A stretch of DNA of 64,000 nt from assembly GCA_040285745.1 (NCBI GenBank), contig JAUFOR010000004.1:248001-312000 (forward strand), written 5' to 3'. The notes under the pieces were generated by a model. The model searched no databases, was not told the origin of the DNA, and saw nothing but the letters and a program-made list of their open reading frames with translations. Source of the stretch: Barthelona sp. PCE. Its lineage: Eukaryota. Below are positions 61,313-64,000 of this stretch, piece after piece; within the stretch, counting starts at the first letter, position 1, and each line of letters opens with the position of its first letter. Position numbers and translations under genes: made by a program.

Positions 61313-63223
61313 CTACACTAATTTTTGTAAAAAAGGAATAACACGTTCCTTAAAGTATGATATATCATCCAATTCTCGCTGTAAAGCACTAGCACTCAAT
61401 CGCAAATCTGCCATTCGACGAGGATCCAAATCATTCACACTGAGTAGCTGTGTGATACGAGACATATGACCCTGTAGCCTCTCTTCGTCTCTCAGCGCCT
61501 GCTCTACCCGCTCAAGAGTGTTTCTAACTTGTGTTTCCTCCGATGCCTTTTGAAGTGTATATTCAACCTGAAGCAACGGGGGTACAATCGGCTTTTTCCT
61601 TGGAACTGTGGTGCGGGGAGCTGGCGGTTCCATCAATACGGCGGTTGTCTGCTTTGTACGTAGCACTCGATGTATAGGACCATTAAAGGTTAGCTGCTTC
61701 CACTTATCAATACCTCTTCGGACCAGTGCATATGTCTTTGGCGCCATACGGAACGGGTAGCTACCACTCCGCCGAGCCATTCGATCTAACCCAACCGATA
61801 GCAGTTCTCTTATTCCAATCTTCTTGAGATGCGTTTCATAGTTATCACTTGCCTCCAGAAGCCTCAGTCTGCGCATCTTCTTCTCATCAACATTCGATTT
61901 CAGAGCATGGAAGCCACGTCTAATGAGTGTAAGATGTCGGAAAGCCATTGACACAACACCATAGTGGTGTCTCCGCCACCTTTGAATAACAATTCGGGCA
62001 AATCCCTCTGCCCTGGTCCGCGCAAAGGCATCGGCGCGTGCTTTTATGTCAGAAAGAGCTGAATTCATTTCTCTTGCCACATCCAAGAAATGTGCCTTCA
62101 ATCGTTCATCTCTGTATCTGGCTGCCAGGAGGGCGTGTTTCCTGCGAAGCACCACCTGTTGCAGTAGAATATGCCATTCATGCATCAACATTTCTTCAAG
62201 TGACTGCTGCCTCAGCTCAACAGATCTCTCTCTCATTTCCCGACTATATCTGCTAAAACTATTGAGGAAAGCGCACGTATTTGCCAGGAGTGTGTCGTGG
62301 TAATGCCGCAGAGCCCGGGCTTCGTCATACTCTGAATCTCTCTTTGAACAAAGTTTATCCATCCAAAGAAACAGGAATTTCTTCTTCGTCTTACGTGCTT
62401 TCTGGTCTAGTGCACGCGCCTTCCACTCATTTATGGTGTTTTTCACAAGGGTCGATAGTGATTTTCGCGCGAAAATTATGAATGAATTGCTTAACTTCTT
62501 GCGTTTCAGCGCCAGCACACTCCACTTCTCTAATGTACGCTTCTTTGCGTGCTTATTACTAAACAACACTGCTAGTTGATCCAAACGATATATACAAAGA
62601 CTGAGAGCGAAGAAACGATTAAAACAATTCCGCTCATAAAACGCTGTTGCCTGACAATACAACCTCCCGATACGCATGAACGGTAGTATAGTACCCCTGA
62701 GGAGCATTCGACGTCTGAAATATGTGTACTTATCCTCAAGACAAGATAGGCGGACACGAAGTCTATTCACACCTCTGTGTCTATGTATCATGGTCTGGAC
62801 TGCATTTACCTTGCATTTACGCTGGTGCTCAACGAATGCTGCATGTATACGCTGCAGTTTTTCAATACGCAGAGTGATTTTTGTCAGGGCTCTTGATTTC
62901 CACGTTATCATTGTCGATCTGAGAATAAATTGTTTCCTGGTGTCCATTCGCAGAGTTTTTGTGTTGCTCCTCCACCATTTAAAGATCTTATATTGAGTTT
63001 TGTACTGATAATGTGCGCCAGCAATAATACTCTTTTGCCAAAGATCTTTTGCGGTTACCCGTGCACGCTTCCACCGTTGGATCATGCGGTACTGAAGGAA
63101 AAGATGTGTTTTAAATTCATCATCGTGGATTGCAAGATTACGACGATTTTGCAATGCTCTTTGTGTATTGCGGCGCCAAACAACCGCTGCTGCCCTCGCC
63201 AACCGTAGTTTACGATTATCCAT
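61313..63223 (-). CDS. Sfi1-like centrin-binding repeat protein
   Basis: Highly basic helical protein with recurrent hydrophobic-x-x-W-K/R units (VVWRR, IQRWKR, FKWWR, MITWKS, LEKWS, INEWKA, IQRWRR, IDKWKQ). Confidence 0.55.
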   Translation of the reverse strand: MDNRKLRLARAAAVVWRRNTQRALQNRRNLAIHDDEFKTHLFLQYRMIQRWKRARVTAKDLWQKSIIAGAHYQYKTQYKIFKWWRSNTKTLRMDTRKQFILRSTMITWKSRALTKITLRIEKLQRIHAAFVEHQRKCKVNAVQTMIHRHRGVNRLRVRLSCLEDKYTYFRRRMLLRGTILPFMRIGRLYCQATAFYERNCFNRFFALSLCIYRLDQLAVLFSNKHAKKRTLEKWSVLALKRKKLSNSFIIFARKSLSTLVKNTINEWKARALDQKARKTKKKFLFLWMDKLCSKRDSEYDEARALRHYHDTLLANTCAFLNSFSRYSREMRERSVELRQQSLEEMLMHEWHILLQQVVLRRKHALLAARYRDERLKAHFLDVAREMNSALSDIKARADAFARTRAEGFARIVIQRWRRHHYGVVSMAFRHLTLIRRGFHALKSNVDEKKMRRLRLLEASDNYETHLKKIGIRELLSVGLDRMARRSGSYPFRMAPKTYALVRRGIDKWKQLTFNGPIHRVLRTKQTTAVLMEPPAPRTTVPRKKPIVPPLLQVEYTLQKASEETQVRNTLERVEQALRDEERLQGHMSRITQLLSVNDLDPRRMADLRLSASALQRELDDISYFKERVIPFLQKLV

Positions 63224-63334
63224 GTGAAGTCATGTCCAGAAATGGGTGTTTTAATGATTTACAAGATCGAAAAACTTGTTATCCAATACCTCCCCATTTT
63301 CCCTAATTTTTTTAGCTGATAATCATTGAAGAGA

Positions 63335-64000
63335 ATGTCTCGTGATATTAGCAGGTTTACAAGAGTATGAAATACACATTTGACGATTTTGAAATTTTGT
63401 TGCGCTTCAATGCATAATATAGTTCTTTAAGCGTCTGTATCGAAACAAAGTGCTAACATTAAGCTCACAAAGCTCGGTGAAGGAGCCTATGGTGTCGTTT
63501 TTAAAGCGCGCGATAATGAAACTGGTAAAATTGTTGCCCTAAAGAAGATTCGTCTAGATATGCCCGAAGAAGGAACACCTTCGACCACCATTCGTGAAAT
63601 TTCTCTGTTACGTGAACTTAGCACCCACCCCAACGTCGTTCCTTTACTTGACGTTGTTCACACTGATGATCGTTTGTATCTCGTGTTCGAATATGTTGAA
63701 CAGGATCTGCGCAAGCATATCGATTCTTTCGGAAAAACAAAGTTAGAGCTGAACCTCATAAAGAGCTACGTTAGACAAATGCTAGAAGGACTTAAGTACT
63801 GCCACAGCCGTAGAGTCATCCACCGTGACCTCAAGCCCCAAAACATTCTCGTCAATCGTGAAGGACAGTTGTGTCTCGCTGATTTTGGTCTTGCTAGAGC
63901 TTTTTCACTTCCAATTAGACAGTACACGCATGAAGTTGTTACTTTATGGTACAGAGCCCCTGAAATTTTGCTGGGTACTGCTCATTACAGTTTAGCCGTT
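63335..64000 (+). CDS. CDK1: Cyclin-dependent kinase CDK1/2 family; exons 63335-63364 and 63464->64000 (truncated by window end)
   Basis: Spliced [78 protein letters not shown]; absent from the ORF track. Confidence 0.93.
63365..63463 (+). other. Spliceosomal intron (99 nt, phase 0) in CDK
   Basis: GTATGA...TGCTAACATTAAG; contains an in-frame TGA; removal supplies the start Met and a normal CDK N-terminus. Confidence 0.88.

Noticed and set aside
1-64000. Alternative genetic code (TAA/TAG = Gln as in hexamitids and ciliates)
   Set aside because: Conserved proteins end correctly at TAA (Hsp90 MEEVD, CCT1) and TAG (glycerol kinase, RPA12), and long ORFs are open under the standard code

Overview
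Gene-dense, almost intron-free eukaryotic DNA using the standard genetic code (TAA, TAG and TGA all terminate conserved genes). It is most consistent with a flagellated protist, probably a metamonad-type lineage with a reduced mitochondrion-related organelle (inference from intron and 3'-end signals, divergent proteins, and a presequence-bearing NFS1). There are about 33 protein-coding loci: glycerol kinase (partial), Prp28/DDX23-like and RecQ helicases, a CYTH enzyme, SAS-6, a divergent cytosolic Hsp90, radial spoke head RSP4/6, RPA12, calcineurin A, a 2105-aa uncharacterised protein, an alpha/beta hydrolase, a CM1/centrosomin-motif protein, poly(A) polymerase, a five-domain saposin precursor, CCT-alpha, an RRM protein, RPC8, GCP2, NFS1, BSD and Kelch-BTB proteins, an Sfi1-like protein and a CDK1/2 (partial). 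Two spliceosomal introns missed by the ORF track (CCT1, CDK) share a fused branch-point/acceptor, CTAAC-ATTNAG. The most interesting signals are: (1) a kinase-HECT-RBR/Rcat fusion with two candidate catalytic cysteines, plus a pseudokinase/pseudo-HECT counterpart about 20 kb away; (2) three consecutive same-strand ORF junctions at 56.8-61.0 kb that all need a +1 shift; (3) WGTRAA 3'-end signals, including a palindromic bidirectional one; (4) a structured, possibly snoRNA-bearing CCT1 intron. No rRNA, tRNA, CRISPR array or mobile element was recognised. All family calls are by eye from motifs, with no database searches.
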